Source: Ferroglobus placidus DSM 10642
Lineage (GTDB): Archaea; Halobacteriota; Archaeoglobi; Archaeoglobales; Archaeoglobaceae
Direction of reading: 5' to 3'
Assembly: GCF_000025505.1 (NCBI RefSeq)
Contig: NC_013849.1
Coordinates: forward strand, 1,830,001 to 1,862,000
DNA length: 32,000 nt
Shown: positions 16,816-26,007 of the stretch, one piece after another
How positions within the stretch are numbered: the first letter of the stretch is position 1
How the letters are laid out: each line of letters opens with the position of its first letter
The notes under the pieces: model-generated
Database searches by the model: none
Told to the model about the DNA's origin: nothing
Seen by the model: the letters and a program-made list of their open reading frames with translations, nothing else
Made by a program: the position numbers and the translations under genes

Positions 16816-17744
16816 TCATCAGAACTCCCTCAAGAGTTCACGTTACTCTCATAGACTTAAACGGTGAAATAGGCAGGATTGATGGAGGAGTAGGTTTCGC
16901 TCTCGAAGAACCTTACGTAAAAATTAGAGCCGAAAAAGCGGATGAAGTAGTGGTTGTGGGCGAGTCTTTTAACAGAGAAAGGTTCGAGCACGTTGCAAAA
17001 ATTTTCAAGGAGAAGTTTGGAAAGGGGATGAAAATCGAAGTTCTTTCCGATTACAAGCCCCACGTTGGTTTGGGAAGCGGAACTCAGATAAGTCTGGCGG
17101 TGGGGAAAGCCTACTCCGAACTCTACGGGCTGAACTTGAGCACGAGGGAAATAGCGAGAATAACCAAGAGAGGTGGCACCTCTGGAATAGGTGTAGCTGC
17201 CTTTGAATTCGGCGGATTCATTGTTGACGGAGGGCATTCGAAAAAAGTTAAAAAGAGTTTTTTACCTTCCGCTTTCAGCGATGCTCCTCCAGCACCACTC
17301 ATCTCAAGACTCGATTTTCCCGATTGGGACGTCTGTTTGATAATTCCGGAAAGGAAGGGATTTTTCGGGAAGAGAGAAGTCGATTTGTTCGAGAAGAACA
17401 CTCCGGTAAAAATTGAAGAGGTTAGGGAGCTCTGCCACATAATACTGATGAAGCTCCTTCCAGCCGTGGTGGAAAGAGATCTCGAGGAATTCTCCTCAGC
17501 TATTTCGAGAATTCAGGAAATCGGATTTAAAAGAGCTGAAGTAAATCAGTACGGAGAAGAGTTTAAAAAGCTGATGAAGAAGCTACAGGAGCTTGGAGCT
17601 TGCGGGATGAGCTCCACCGGACCAACCCTATATCTTGTATCAGAAGAAATAAATATTGAGGAAGTTAAAGAGATCGTAAACGGCTACGACGTGGAGATAA
17701 TCCTAACAAAAGGTAGAAACAGGGGGGCTGAGGTTGAAGTATAA
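16812..17744 (+). CDS. Beta-ribofuranosylaminobenzene 5'-phosphate synthase (methanopterin biosynthesis, GHMP-like)
   Basis: 310 aa with RTPSRVHVTLIDLNGEIGRIDGGVGFALEEP, KPHVGLGSGTQISLAVGKAYSELYGL, RGGTSGIGVAAFEFGGFIVDGGH, GACGMSSTGPTLYLV. Confidence 0.93.
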   Translation: MIIRTPSRVHVTLIDLNGEIGRIDGGVGFALEEPYVKIRAEKADEVVVVGESFNRERFEHVAKIFKEKFGKGMKIEVLSDYKPHVGLGSGTQISLAVGKAYSELYGLNLSTREIARITKRGGTSGIGVAAFEFGGFIVDGGHSKKVKKSFLPSAFSDAPPAPLISRLDFPDWDVCLIIPERKGFFGKREVDLFEKNTPVKIEEVRELCHIILMKLLPAVVERDLEEFSSAISRIQEIGFKRAEVNQYGEEFKKLMKKLQELGACGMSSTGPTLYLVSEEINIEEVKEIVNGYDVEIILTKGRNRGAEVEV

Positions 17745-18504
17745 CCTCTGGTGCGGAGAGTATGACGGAAAGCTGAAGCTTTCAAACGACCTTGAAAAAT
17801 CGTTTTTAAACGCGAAGAATCCCGGTCCGGTTCCGGAAGAAGCTTTTGAAGAGGCTAAGAAAAAAGTCAAGAATTATTACGAAACCCTTAGAAAAGTTGC
17901 GATAGAAGTCACGGAAAGAAAAGTCGAGAGAGAGCTAAGAAGAGAGGATAGATACGTTATAATGCTCGTTAAAGCTTTGGACGAGCTTAACGAAACTATA
18001 AACTTGCTTGAAGAGAAGTACAGAGATCTCGTGGAAGTTAAGACGTCGGAAATTTCGGAGGAGTTCGAAGAGAAAATTAGGGGTTTGAAAGAGCTGAGGA
18101 GAAAAATTGAGAAGGAGATCGATGAAGTTATGGGCAAGATAGCGCCGAATCTAACCGAAATCCTTGGAGCGAAAATCGCTGCGAGACTTTTGGAGAGAGC
18201 CGGAAGCATGGAAAAGCTTGCTATTCTTCCGGCAAGCACGATACAGATTATCGGAGCTGAGAAATCTCTGTTCAAAGCTTTGACGAGAATCAGAAAGGGT
18301 AAGAAAGCTAAAATACCCAAGCACGGGATAATATTCCAGCATCCCTTCATAAGAACACTCCCCAAGAAGAAGAGGGGAAAGATGGCGAGGTTTATGGCTG
18401 GGAAACTTGCTATAGCCGCTAAACTTGATTACTTTAGCGGAGAACTGAAAGAAGAACTTGCAGAGGAGGTTAGGAGGAAGTATGAAGAGCTTGCGAGAGC
18501 TTGA
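17734..18504 (+). CDS. nop5: C/D box snoRNP-like protein Nop5 (Nop56/58)
   Basis: 256 aa with APNLTEILGAKIAARLLERAGSMEKLAILPASTIQIIGAEKSLFKAL...PKHGIIFQHPFIRTLPKKKRGKMARFMAGKLAIAAKLDYFSG. Confidence 0.95.
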   Translation: MKYNLWCGEYDGKLKLSNDLEKSFLNAKNPGPVPEEAFEEAKKKVKNYYETLRKVAIEVTERKVERELRREDRYVIMLVKALDELNETINLLEEKYRDLVEVKTSEISEEFEEKIRGLKELRRKIEKEIDEVMGKIAPNLTEILGAKIAARLLERAGSMEKLAILPASTIQIIGAEKSLFKALTRIRKGKKAKIPKHGIIFQHPFIRTLPKKKRGKMARFMAGKLAIAAKLDYFSGELKEELAEEVRRKYEELARA

Positions 18505-19147
18505 GGAAGTTTTACCCAACACGTACTTCATTCAGGTTAACGGAAAGAAAATTTTGGCAACTAAAAGTAAGTACCCTCCTTTTTACGGAGAAAAAAAGTA
18601 CGGAGAGTACAGGGAGTGGATTCCGACGAGGAGCAAGCTTTCCGCGGCGATAATAAAAGGGTTGAGACCTGAAATTAAAGAAGATACCAAAGTTCTCTAC
18701 CTCGGAGCTGCTTCCGGAACTACCGTAAGTCACCTTTCAGATATTGTTGAAGACGGAGTTATATATGCGGTTGAATACTCGGCAAAGCCCTTCGTGAAAT
18801 TCCTCGAGCTTGCCAAGGAGAGGAAAAATATCATTCCGCTCCTCGAAGATGCGAGAAAGCCTGAGAATTACTCCGGAATAGTGGAAAAAGTGGACTTCAT
18901 CTATCAGGATATTGCTCAGAGAGATCAAATAGACATCTTCATTAAGAATGCCGAGTTCTTTTTGAAGAAGGGAGGAATCGGGATAATAATGGTTAAAGCA
19001 AGGAGCATCGATTCGACCCTTGAGCCTGAAAGAATTTTCAAAAACGTTGAAAGGGAATTAAAGAAGAGATTCGATTTACTTGCTAAGGTCGACATTCAGA
19101 GTTATCACAAGGACCACGTCTGCTTTTACCTAAGGTGGAGGGGATGA
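18482..19147 (+). CDS. flpA: Fibrillarin-like rRNA/tRNA 2'-O-methyltransferase
   Basis: ORF 18458-19147 with true start likely ATG 18482 ([17 protein letters not shown]). Contains [63 protein letters not shown]. Confidence 0.96.
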   Translation: MKSLRELEEVLPNTYFIQVNGKKILATKSKYPPFYGEKKYGEYREWIPTRSKLSAAIIKGLRPEIKEDTKVLYLGAASGTTVSHLSDIVEDGVIYAVEYSAKPFVKFLELAKERKNIIPLLEDARKPENYSGIVEKVDFIYQDIAQRDQIDIFIKNAEFFLKKGGIGIIMVKARSIDSTLEPERIFKNVERELKKRFDLLAKVDIQSYHKDHVCFYLRWRG

Positions 19148-19794
19148 GGCAACGTTTCGTTCTCGACACCACCGCCATAACTGACACTGGCATGAGGGAA
19201 AAGGAGGGTTTCGAAGACATATGCCATTCGGCAAGCGAAATTCTCGATTTGATTGCTAAAGCGAGAATGAAGCTCGACATAAGCTGCTACATTCCCTACC
19301 CATCCGTTTACACCGAGCTTATAAGTTTTCTGAAGAGGTACAACTGCTCCGAAGAGGTGATAATCAAAATTGACACGTGGCTGATCAAAAAAACTCCGAG
19401 CAGAATAGAGGTGATGATTCCGGCTGCAATTTTTTACGAATACGTTCTTACGATGAGACAGAAGATAAACAAAGGCAGAAGAATAGCTGAAGACTTTATC
19501 TGGGAAAGTTCGGCTGTGACTTCTAAGGTGAAGCCTGAGGAACTTAGAAAGGAGATAGGAGAACTTATTTCGAGATTCAGGGAAAAGTACAGAGCGGCTC
19601 TGCGCCACGGAATCCTCGACTCCTCTCCGGACATAGACGTTCTTCTTTTAGCCAAAGAGCTCGACGCAGCTGTTGTGAGCAGTGATGAGGGGATAAAGAG
19701 GTGGGCTGAGCTGATGGGTTTGAGGTTTGTCGAAGCTATAAAGTTTCCGAGAATGCTCAGGGAATATTTGAGCATGCTGGAGGGGGAAAAATGA
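19144..19794 (+). CDS. HARP-type RNA-free RNase P / 'RNA ligase partner' PIN-domain protein
   Basis: [59 protein letters not shown]...[50 protein letters not shown]. It carries the PIN acidic residues and the long PIN insertion typical of HARP/UPF0278. ATG 19144 overlaps the fibrillarin stop as ATGA. Confidence 0.87.
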   Translation: MRQRFVLDTTAITDTGMREKEGFEDICHSASEILDLIAKARMKLDISCYIPYPSVYTELISFLKRYNCSEEVIIKIDTWLIKKTPSRIEVMIPAAIFYEYVLTMRQKINKGRRIAEDFIWESSAVTSKVKPEELRKEIGELISRFREKYRAALRHGILDSSPDIDVLLLAKELDAAVVSSDEGIKRWAELMGLRFVEAIKFPRMLREYLSMLEGEK

Positions 19795-21020
19795 AAATAG
19801 AAAGACCGAGAGGAACGAGAGATTTCCTGCCAGAAGAGATGGAAAAGAGGAGAGAGCTTGAGAAAATTTTCAGAGAAGTTGTCGAGCTTTTCGGATATAG
19901 AGAAGTTCAGACGCCTACTTTCGAACATTTGGAGCTTTTCACGATAAAATCTGGGGAGGAGATAATAAAGGAAATTTACGCTTTCAAGGATAAGGGAGGG
20001 AGGGACTTAGCTCTCCGTCCAGAGCTTACAGCTCCCGTCATGAGGATGTTCGTTAACGAGTGCTCTCATTTACCCAAACCTTTGAGGTTTTACTACTTTT
20101 CCAACTGCTTCAGATACGAGAGACCTCAGAAAGGAAGATACAGAGAGTTCTGGCAGTTTGGAGCTGAGCTTATAGGAAGTAATTCTCCAGAGGCTGAGGC
20201 TGAAGTAATTTTGCTTTCCTACAGAATGCTCGAAAAAGCAGGAGTTAGCTTTGAACTCAGCATAGGGGATGTGAACTTGCTTAGATACGTTCTTAGGGAC
20301 ATTCCAGAAAAAGAGGCTGCCATGAGGCTCATAGACAAGGAGGAATTCGAAACCTTAAGGAATTTGCTCGCCAAGTACGATAGAGAAGAAATTTACGAGA
20401 CAATTCTCCAGCTCGGAGAAATAGAGAGTGTCGAAGAGGCTGAGGAAGTCGTCGATTACGATTTCAGCCACCTCAAAAAACTCTGCGAAATTCTCGACGC
20501 ACTTGAGCTAAAATACTTCGTGGATTTTACAGTTGCGAGAGGTTTGGACTACTACACCGGCACGGTTTTTGAGTACTACGCAGAGGGTTTGGGAGCGCAG
20601 AAGCAGATATGCGGGGGAGGAAGTTACAGGCTCGCGAAGTTATTCGGAGGAGAAGACGTTCCAGGAACTGGGTTCGCGATAGGTTTCGACAGAGTTATGG
20701 AGCTTTTTACCAAATCTCCGAAATATGAGCCGCCGGTCGTTGTTGTTTCTCTCGTCGAGTCCAAAGATGCTTTCAAAATAGCTGAAAGGCTCAGAGAGAA
20801 CGGGGTGAAAGTGGTAGTCGATGTTATGGGGAGAAACTTGAAAAAGCAGATGAGCTTCGCAAACGACATCTCAGCAGAATACGCCGTGATTATCGGCAAA
20901 AAGGAGCTTGAAAGCGGTACTTTTTCAATCAAAGACCTCGTTACCGGAAAGCAGAAATCTCTGAGTTTTGAAGAGGCTGTGGAATTAATCAAAAGCAAAA
21001 GGAGGATCGACGAAGAGTAA
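19791..21020 (+). CDS. hisS: Histidine--tRNA ligase
   Basis: 409 aa with [90 protein letters not shown]. Confidence 0.97.
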   Translation: MKIERPRGTRDFLPEEMEKRRELEKIFREVVELFGYREVQTPTFEHLELFTIKSGEEIIKEIYAFKDKGGRDLALRPELTAPVMRMFVNECSHLPKPLRFYYFSNCFRYERPQKGRYREFWQFGAELIGSNSPEAEAEVILLSYRMLEKAGVSFELSIGDVNLLRYVLRDIPEKEAAMRLIDKEEFETLRNLLAKYDREEIYETILQLGEIESVEEAEEVVDYDFSHLKKLCEILDALELKYFVDFTVARGLDYYTGTVFEYYAEGLGAQKQICGGGSYRLAKLFGGEDVPGTGFAIGFDRVMELFTKSPKYEPPVVVVSLVESKDAFKIAERLRENGVKVVVDVMGRNLKKQMSFANDISAEYAVIIGKKELESGTFSIKDLVTGKQKSLSFEEAVELIKSKRRIDEE

Positions 21021-21740
21021 GCATCTTCCCACTTTCTTAGCCCTTTTAGCGCTCTCGAGGGTAGTTAATCTCGCGTACCTCGCTGCGTCAACGATGTTTT
21101 TTCCGAGGGAGATGTTAGCAAGTAAGGCTGAGCTGTAAACGCAACCGGTTCCGTGCACCTCTTTTTCCCCAACCTCGGCTTTTATTTCGTGAAAGTCTCC
21201 GTCGTAAATAACGTCGATTCCTCCTATATCTTTGCCGGTGATTACCACCGAGCACCCGAACTTTTCTGCTATTTTCTTCGCAGCTCTCTTAGCATCCTCG
21301 ACGCTCGAAATTCTCTCTCCGGAAAAAACCTCAGCCTCCTTTACGTTCGGGGTTATCGCATCTACCACATTAAAAAGACCTTCGTAGATTTCTGGTTCAG
21401 CAAATTTGTATCCGGTAGAGGAGACTAAGATCGGATCGAGGACTTTTAATCCCTCGAAGTTCTTTAAAAATTCCTTCAGAAGCTCCGCCTGCTTTTCAGT
21501 TACTACAATCCCAACCTTTATTCCTTTAACGTTAAAATCTTCGAAAATAGATTTCAGCTGCATTTCCAGATGCTCCGCTTCGATAGCTTTCATTCCTTCT
21601 ATTCCGCAAGAGTTCTGGTAGGTTATAGCGGTGACTGCGCAAACTCCGTGAAATCCGAAGAGTCTGAAGATTCTCACGTCGAGGGTAACTCCGGCTGAAT
21701 TTGACGTATCCAATCCTGCAACGCTCACAAGAACCTCCAA
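20985..21740 (-). CDS. thiD: Hydroxymethylpyrimidine/phosphomethylpyrimidine kinase
   Basis: 251 aa with VAGLDTSNSAGVTLDVRIFRLFGFHGVCAVTAITYQNSCGI, DPILVSSTGYKFAEPE, VTPNVKEAEVFSG, VVITGKDIGGIDVIYD, VHGTGCVYSSALLANI. Confidence 0.93.
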   Translation of the reverse strand: MEVLVSVAGLDTSNSAGVTLDVRIFRLFGFHGVCAVTAITYQNSCGIEGMKAIEAEHLEMQLKSIFEDFNVKGIKVGIVVTEKQAELLKEFLKNFEGLKVLDPILVSSTGYKFAEPEIYEGLFNVVDAITPNVKEAEVFSGERISSVEDAKRAAKKIAEKFGCSVVITGKDIGGIDVIYDGDFHEIKAEVGEKEVHGTGCVYSSALLANISLGKNIVDAARYARLTTLESAKRAKKVGRCLLFVDPPFAFD

Positions 21741-22132
21741 TCTACCACCCCGTTTTTCTTGAGAATGTACAACGAGAGGAGAATTATCAGGGTGTTTAAA
21801 ATTACGCTGTCGTATCTGAATGTTAGTATTCTGAATCTCCTCTTCGCCGGATAAAAAAGCTGCACTCCGCTTTTGGTTAGAGAATCGAGGAAAATGTGGG
21901 AGGTTAATCCTATAAAAGCGAATATCAACAAGCTTCTGTCGAAAATGTAGACGAGGTAAAGAATTAGGAAGAGGAAGAGCAGAGAATGTGTGAAGCCGCG
22001 GTGTTTAATTTTTAAAAGAACGTCGATATCGCTCAGAATCCCGAAAAGTCCGGTTGCAAAAAGGAAGTTCGCATCTTTCGTCAAAAAGCTGGCTAAAGCT
22101 ACGGGAAATACTACGTGCGTTATTTTCAACAT
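21725..22132 (-). CDS. DUF457-like membrane-bound metal-dependent hydrolase family protein
   Basis: 135 aa, hydrophobic, with FATGLFGILSDIDVLLKIKHRGFTHSLLFLFL...LTSHIFLDSLTKSGVQLFYP (D..H..TH and H..LD motifs). Confidence 0.8.
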   Translation of the reverse strand: MLKITHVVFPVALASFLTKDANFLFATGLFGILSDIDVLLKIKHRGFTHSLLFLFLILYLVYIFDRSLLIFAFIGLTSHIFLDSLTKSGVQLFYPAKRRFRILTFRYDSVILNTLIILLSLYILKKNGVVDWRFL

Positions 22133-22134
22133 TT

Positions 22135-23067
22135 TCAGTACTCCTTTTTCTCGTGAATTAGCGAAATGAAGTCTTTTGGAGAAGAAACGCAGGAGATTTC
22201 GTCTTTTGTTATGAACACTACTCCCTCAACTTCGCTTTTTATTCTCTTTTCGACGATGTACGCTGCGTTGGCTGAAACGACCTCCGAAACTCTACCGATG
22301 AGGCTCGCTCTCCTCTCTATTTCCCTCACTTGCTTAACTCCCGTAAGCACGTTTTCATCTTCAACAACGCTCAAAGCGTCGAAAGGAGCGTACTTTACTG
22401 GGTAGATCTTTATTCCTATGCACTTCAGCTGGTCGACTATTTCTGCCTCCTCTCCTTCGAATTCCTCTTCGGGCTCCTCCACATCTATTTCGAACTCGAA
22501 AACGTTTATCTCCTTTACGATGTCTCCTCCAAGAAGCTCTTCAAGTTTGATAGCGTTGTCGAGGGAGACGTCGATCCCCTCTTCGTACTTCTTAGCCGCT
22601 CTCCTTGTTATTCCGATCCTCGACGCTATCTCTCCTATCGACAGCCCGAGTTCCTCTCTCCTCCTCTTGAACTTCTCGCTATCAATCTTAACGTAGTATC
22701 CTCCCGGAGCGGAGTATATCAGCGGGTAAACGTTTTCGACTATAATATCGTAAAGAGTTGCAACGTTAATAACCGGAATGCCGTACCTCGTGTAAACGAC
22801 GCCCCTCTCAAGGTAATCCTGCTTGAACTTCTCTCCAACGACTATCGGGCTCGCTTTGAGGAACTTCGCTATTAGCTTCATCTCTTTCACGGCTTCGGAC
22901 TTTAGGGAGTCCACGTTGTATAGGACTTTTATCAAGATTACGAAGTCGTCTTTTCTTGCAACTATGTCGAAACACCTGGGCTTAGTCTCAACTAAGTCCG
23001 TAACGGTAAAGCCAGCTTTCTTCAATATTTTCAACACTGCACGCGTCACGAGTTCCTGCATCTTCAA
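22135..23067 (-). CDS. Putative HTH-type transcriptional regulator, UPF0343-like
   Basis: 310 aa. N-terminal alpha/beta domain, then EKFKRRREELGLSIGEIASRIGITRRAAKKYEEGIDVSLDNAIKLEELLG (XRE-type HTH) and a C-terminal domain. Confidence 0.8.
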   Translation of the reverse strand: MKMQELVTRAVLKILKKAGFTVTDLVETKPRCFDIVARKDDFVILIKVLYNVDSLKSEAVKEMKLIAKFLKASPIVVGEKFKQDYLERGVVYTRYGIPVINVATLYDIIVENVYPLIYSAPGGYYVKIDSEKFKRRREELGLSIGEIASRIGITRRAAKKYEEGIDVSLDNAIKLEELLGGDIVKEINVFEFEIDVEEPEEEFEGEEAEIVDQLKCIGIKIYPVKYAPFDALSVVEDENVLTGVKQVREIERRASLIGRVSEVVSANAAYIVEKRIKSEVEGVVFITKDEISCVSSPKDFISLIHEKKEY

Positions 23068-23105
23068 AAAGAGTTATGTCTGAGGGTGTATATAAATTGT
23101 TTTCT

Positions 23106-23816
23106 CTAAAGTGTGTAGCCCACACAAAGCTGCTCGAATTTTTCGTGCTTCACCAGCTCTTCCGCTTTTCCTCCAAAAACTACCCTTCCGCTCACGAACA
23201 TATAAGCGTAGTCGCTTATTTCCAAAGCTTTTAAAACGTTCTGTTCCACGAGCAGAATCGTTATTTTCAGCTCATCTCTGAGAAACTGAATTTTTTCGAA
23301 AATTGTCGAAGCGTATTTTGGAGAGAGCATGGCTGTAGGCTCGTCAAGCATCATTAGCTTTGCGTTCTTTATCAGTGCCATTGCCATAGCCAAGAACTGC
23401 CTCTCCCCACCGCTGAGTGTTCCAGCCTTTCTCTTAAGTTTCGTCTGAAGTTCTGGAAACATTGATAAGGCAAGTTCAACCCTTTCCTCGAAATCCTCCT
23501 TTTCCACAGTATATCCGGCTATTTTCAGATTCTCTTCAACGCTCAAGTTTGCGAAGATGTTGTCAGTCTGAGGAAGATAGGCTATCCCAAGCTTGGTTTT
23601 GTCATGGGGAGGAATTTTGGTGATGTCCTTTCCGTTGTACTGTATTTTTCCGCTGTAAATTGTAGTCAGTCCAAAAATGGACTTTAGAAAAGTGCTCTTT
23701 CCGCTTCCGTTTGGTCCCACAACGGTGGTTATAGTCCTATCCTTTATCTCCGCGTTAACGTCGAAGAGTATGTGAAGCTCTTTATACCCAGCGTTTAAGT
23801 TTTCAACTTTAAGCAC
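23106..23816 (-). CDS. livF: Branched-chain amino acid type ABC transporter ATP-binding protein
   Basis: 236 aa with [19 protein letters not shown] (Walker A), [45 protein letters not shown]. Confidence 0.95.
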   Translation of the reverse strand: MLKVENLNAGYKELHILFDVNAEIKDRTITTVVGPNGSGKSTFLKSIFGLTTIYSGKIQYNGKDITKIPPHDKTKLGIAYLPQTDNIFANLSVEENLKIAGYTVEKEDFEERVELALSMFPELQTKLKRKAGTLSGGERQFLAMAMALIKNAKLMMLDEPTAMLSPKYASTIFEKIQFLRDELKITILLVEQNVLKALEISDYAYMFVSGRVVFGGKAEELVKHEKFEQLCVGYTL

Positions 23817-24552
23817 CTAAGTACACCTCCACGACTTCCGGTTTCTCTATTACCTCCTTTCCCTTCCCTTCAGCTATAATCCTCCCAGAAGCCATCACGT
23901 ATACCTTATCCACGTATTCGAGAACTATGTCAAGCCTGTGCTCAACGATTAAAAACGTCTTCCCAATCTCGCAGAGCTCCCTCATTCTTCCGAGGATGTC
24001 GTGGGAAAGCTTTGGCGCAACTCCTGCCAGAGGTTCGTCCATGACAAAAAGCTCCGCGTCGCTCATTAAAGCTCTTCCTATCTCAACGAGCCTGAGCTGA
24101 CCACCGCTCAAATTCTGGGCTTCTTCGTCCCAGAGATGCTCTATTCCGAGGAATTCGAGAATTTCGAAGGCTTTTTCAACGCTCTCTTTTTCTTTTGGAA
24201 TGTAAGCTTTGGTTAACGCTCCTATTATTCCTTCTCCGGGGTTTTCCCTCGCTATCAGTAAATTTTCAAGGACTGTTAGCTTTTTCAGAGGTTTCGGTAT
24301 CTGGAAAGTCCTTACTATTCCCTTTTTGTACAGCTCGTGGGGAGGTTTGTTCGTTATGTCCTCCCCTTTGTACTCAACTCTCCCCTCGTCAGCCTTGTAA
24401 AACCCGGTGATTACATTTATCAGCGTTGTCTTCCCGCTACCGTTTGGACCTATTACGAGAGTTATCTTCCCCTCTTCTACTTCGATGTTAACTCTGTCCA
24501 AAGCTTTTAGACCGTCAAAAAATTTGGAAAGAGAAAAAGTTCTTAAAATCAT
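23809..24552 (-). CDS. livG: Branched-chain amino acid type ABC transporter ATP-binding protein
   Basis: 247 aa with [93 protein letters not shown]. Confidence 0.95.
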   Translation of the reverse strand: MILRTFSLSKFFDGLKALDRVNIEVEEGKITLVIGPNGSGKTTLINVITGFYKADEGRVEYKGEDITNKPPHELYKKGIVRTFQIPKPLKKLTVLENLLIARENPGEGIIGALTKAYIPKEKESVEKAFEILEFLGIEHLWDEEAQNLSGGQLRLVEIGRALMSDAELFVMDEPLAGVAPKLSHDILGRMRELCEIGKTFLIVEHRLDIVLEYVDKVYVMASGRIIAEGKGKEVIEKPEVVEVYLGA

Positions 24553-25955
24553 GCTCTTCTTCTCAACGCATAAGCAGCGGCTGCTGCAGCTATCAAGATT
24601 CCGAATCCAGGAGTCTTCTTCTCTTCCTTCTTTTCTTCCTTAGGCGTCTCTTTCTTCTCTACTGGAGTCTCCTTCTTCTCTGGAGTTGGCGTTGGTGTAG
24701 CTTTCACCTCTGGCCACTTCGGTTTGTGCTTCCATTCGATGCTCTTAGTTTCGAACTTCCAGATTCCAGCTACGTCCCACTCTCCTTTTTCGTTCACGTA
24801 GTAGATGGCATAATCTCCGCTCGCTCTGTCGTTCCACTCGTTCAGTTCTATTCTTCCGCTTACCGGCTGCACTCCGTACTCTCCGTTGCTGTACTTCACA
24901 GCCACCTCTTTTATCTTCTCAACCATAGCATCCGGGTCGTAGCTGCCCTTCTCTTTCACAACTTCGACGTAAGCCAAAGCCAAAACCCAAGCTGCGTCGT
25001 AGGCGTTCATCGCATACTGGTAAGGAGCCTTTCCGAATCCTCTCTTAGCGTATTCCTCAGCAAGTTTGTCGTAAGCCGGTCCTTTGCTCTCGAAGAGTGT
25101 CGCGTACATACCAACTCTCTTAACCTTCTCCAAAGCGTCGGTTATTTTTCCGCTCTTCGCGTTTCCGTCACATCCGATCCAGACGACGTTGAGCAGAGGA
25201 GAATCCTCGGGAGTTTGAGCGAGGAGTGTGTAGACTTCTTCGTAGGTGAAGGCTACAACAGCTACTTTCTCTCTACCGTACTTCTCGATCAGCTTGTTCA
25301 ATTCGCTCTCCATGCTTGATATATACGGAGAGAAATCAGCTGGGACTTGATCTGGATACTCAATCGGCTGAGCAATCTCAATTCCTGCTTCTTCGAGCTT
25401 CGGCTTTATCGTCTCGTACAATCCTCTGCCCCAAGCGTTGCCGATGTAGATGATCACAACTCCCTTAACTCCGAGGTCTTTAAGCTCGGAAGCGATGGCG
25501 TCAGTCTGTAAATCATCCGTACCGACGAATCTGAATATGTACTTCTTATCCTCCGGCGTGGCGAAACCGATTATTGTTGGTAGAGCTGTGGAGGACGGAG
25601 AGATTATTATTATCTTGTTCGATGTAACGTAATCTTTGACGTTAGCTACCTCACCACTTCCCATCGGACCAATTATAAGGTTTATTCCCTTTGCATGCAG
25701 ACTTTGGACTTTTTGCAAAGCTACGTTAGGATCTACCTTCGTATCCTCCACGTAGAATTCGACTGTGTAGTCCAAACCTTTCTCTTTGAAGTAGTTGTTT
25801 ATCTCATCCTTCGCAATTTCTAACGTGTTTTTAATGTCCGTACCAAACGTCGTTAGAGGACCTGAAAGGTCCACAAGTACGCCAATCTTTATCTCCTCAG
25901 CTGCCGCTACACTGCTTAGCAATAGCAAACCCAACAAAGCAAATGCCAACCGCAT
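24549..25955 (-). CDS. Branched-chain amino acid type ABC transporter substrate-binding protein with PGF-CTERM-like tail
   Basis: 468 aa. Signal peptide MRLAFALLGLLLLSSVAAA, then EEIKIGVLVDLSGPLTTFGTDIKNTLEIAKDEIN (periplasmic binding fold). TP/EK-rich linker, then [23 protein letters not shown] at the C-terminus. Confidence 0.93.
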   Translation of the reverse strand: MRLAFALLGLLLLSSVAAAEEIKIGVLVDLSGPLTTFGTDIKNTLEIAKDEINNYFKEKGLDYTVEFYVEDTKVDPNVALQKVQSLHAKGINLIIGPMGSGEVANVKDYVTSNKIIIISPSSTALPTIIGFATPEDKKYIFRFVGTDDLQTDAIASELKDLGVKGVVIIYIGNAWGRGLYETIKPKLEEAGIEIAQPIEYPDQVPADFSPYISSMESELNKLIEKYGREKVAVVAFTYEEVYTLLAQTPEDSPLLNVVWIGCDGNAKSGKITDALEKVKRVGMYATLFESKGPAYDKLAEEYAKRGFGKAPYQYAMNAYDAAWVLALAYVEVVKEKGSYDPDAMVEKIKEVAVKYSNGEYGVQPVSGRIELNEWNDRASGDYAIYYVNEKGEWDVAGIWKFETKSIEWKHKPKWPEVKATPTPTPEKKETPVEKKETPKEEKKEEKKTPGFGILIAAAAAAYALRRRA

Positions 25956-26007
25956 GGCAATAATAACACTATTAAAGTTATAAATCTTTATCGGCTCTCT
26001 ACAGCCA

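Noticed and set aside
24726-25319. 197-aa plus-strand ORF within the Liv binding protein gene
   Set aside because: Antisense shadow ORF with high Ser/Val/Leu composition.
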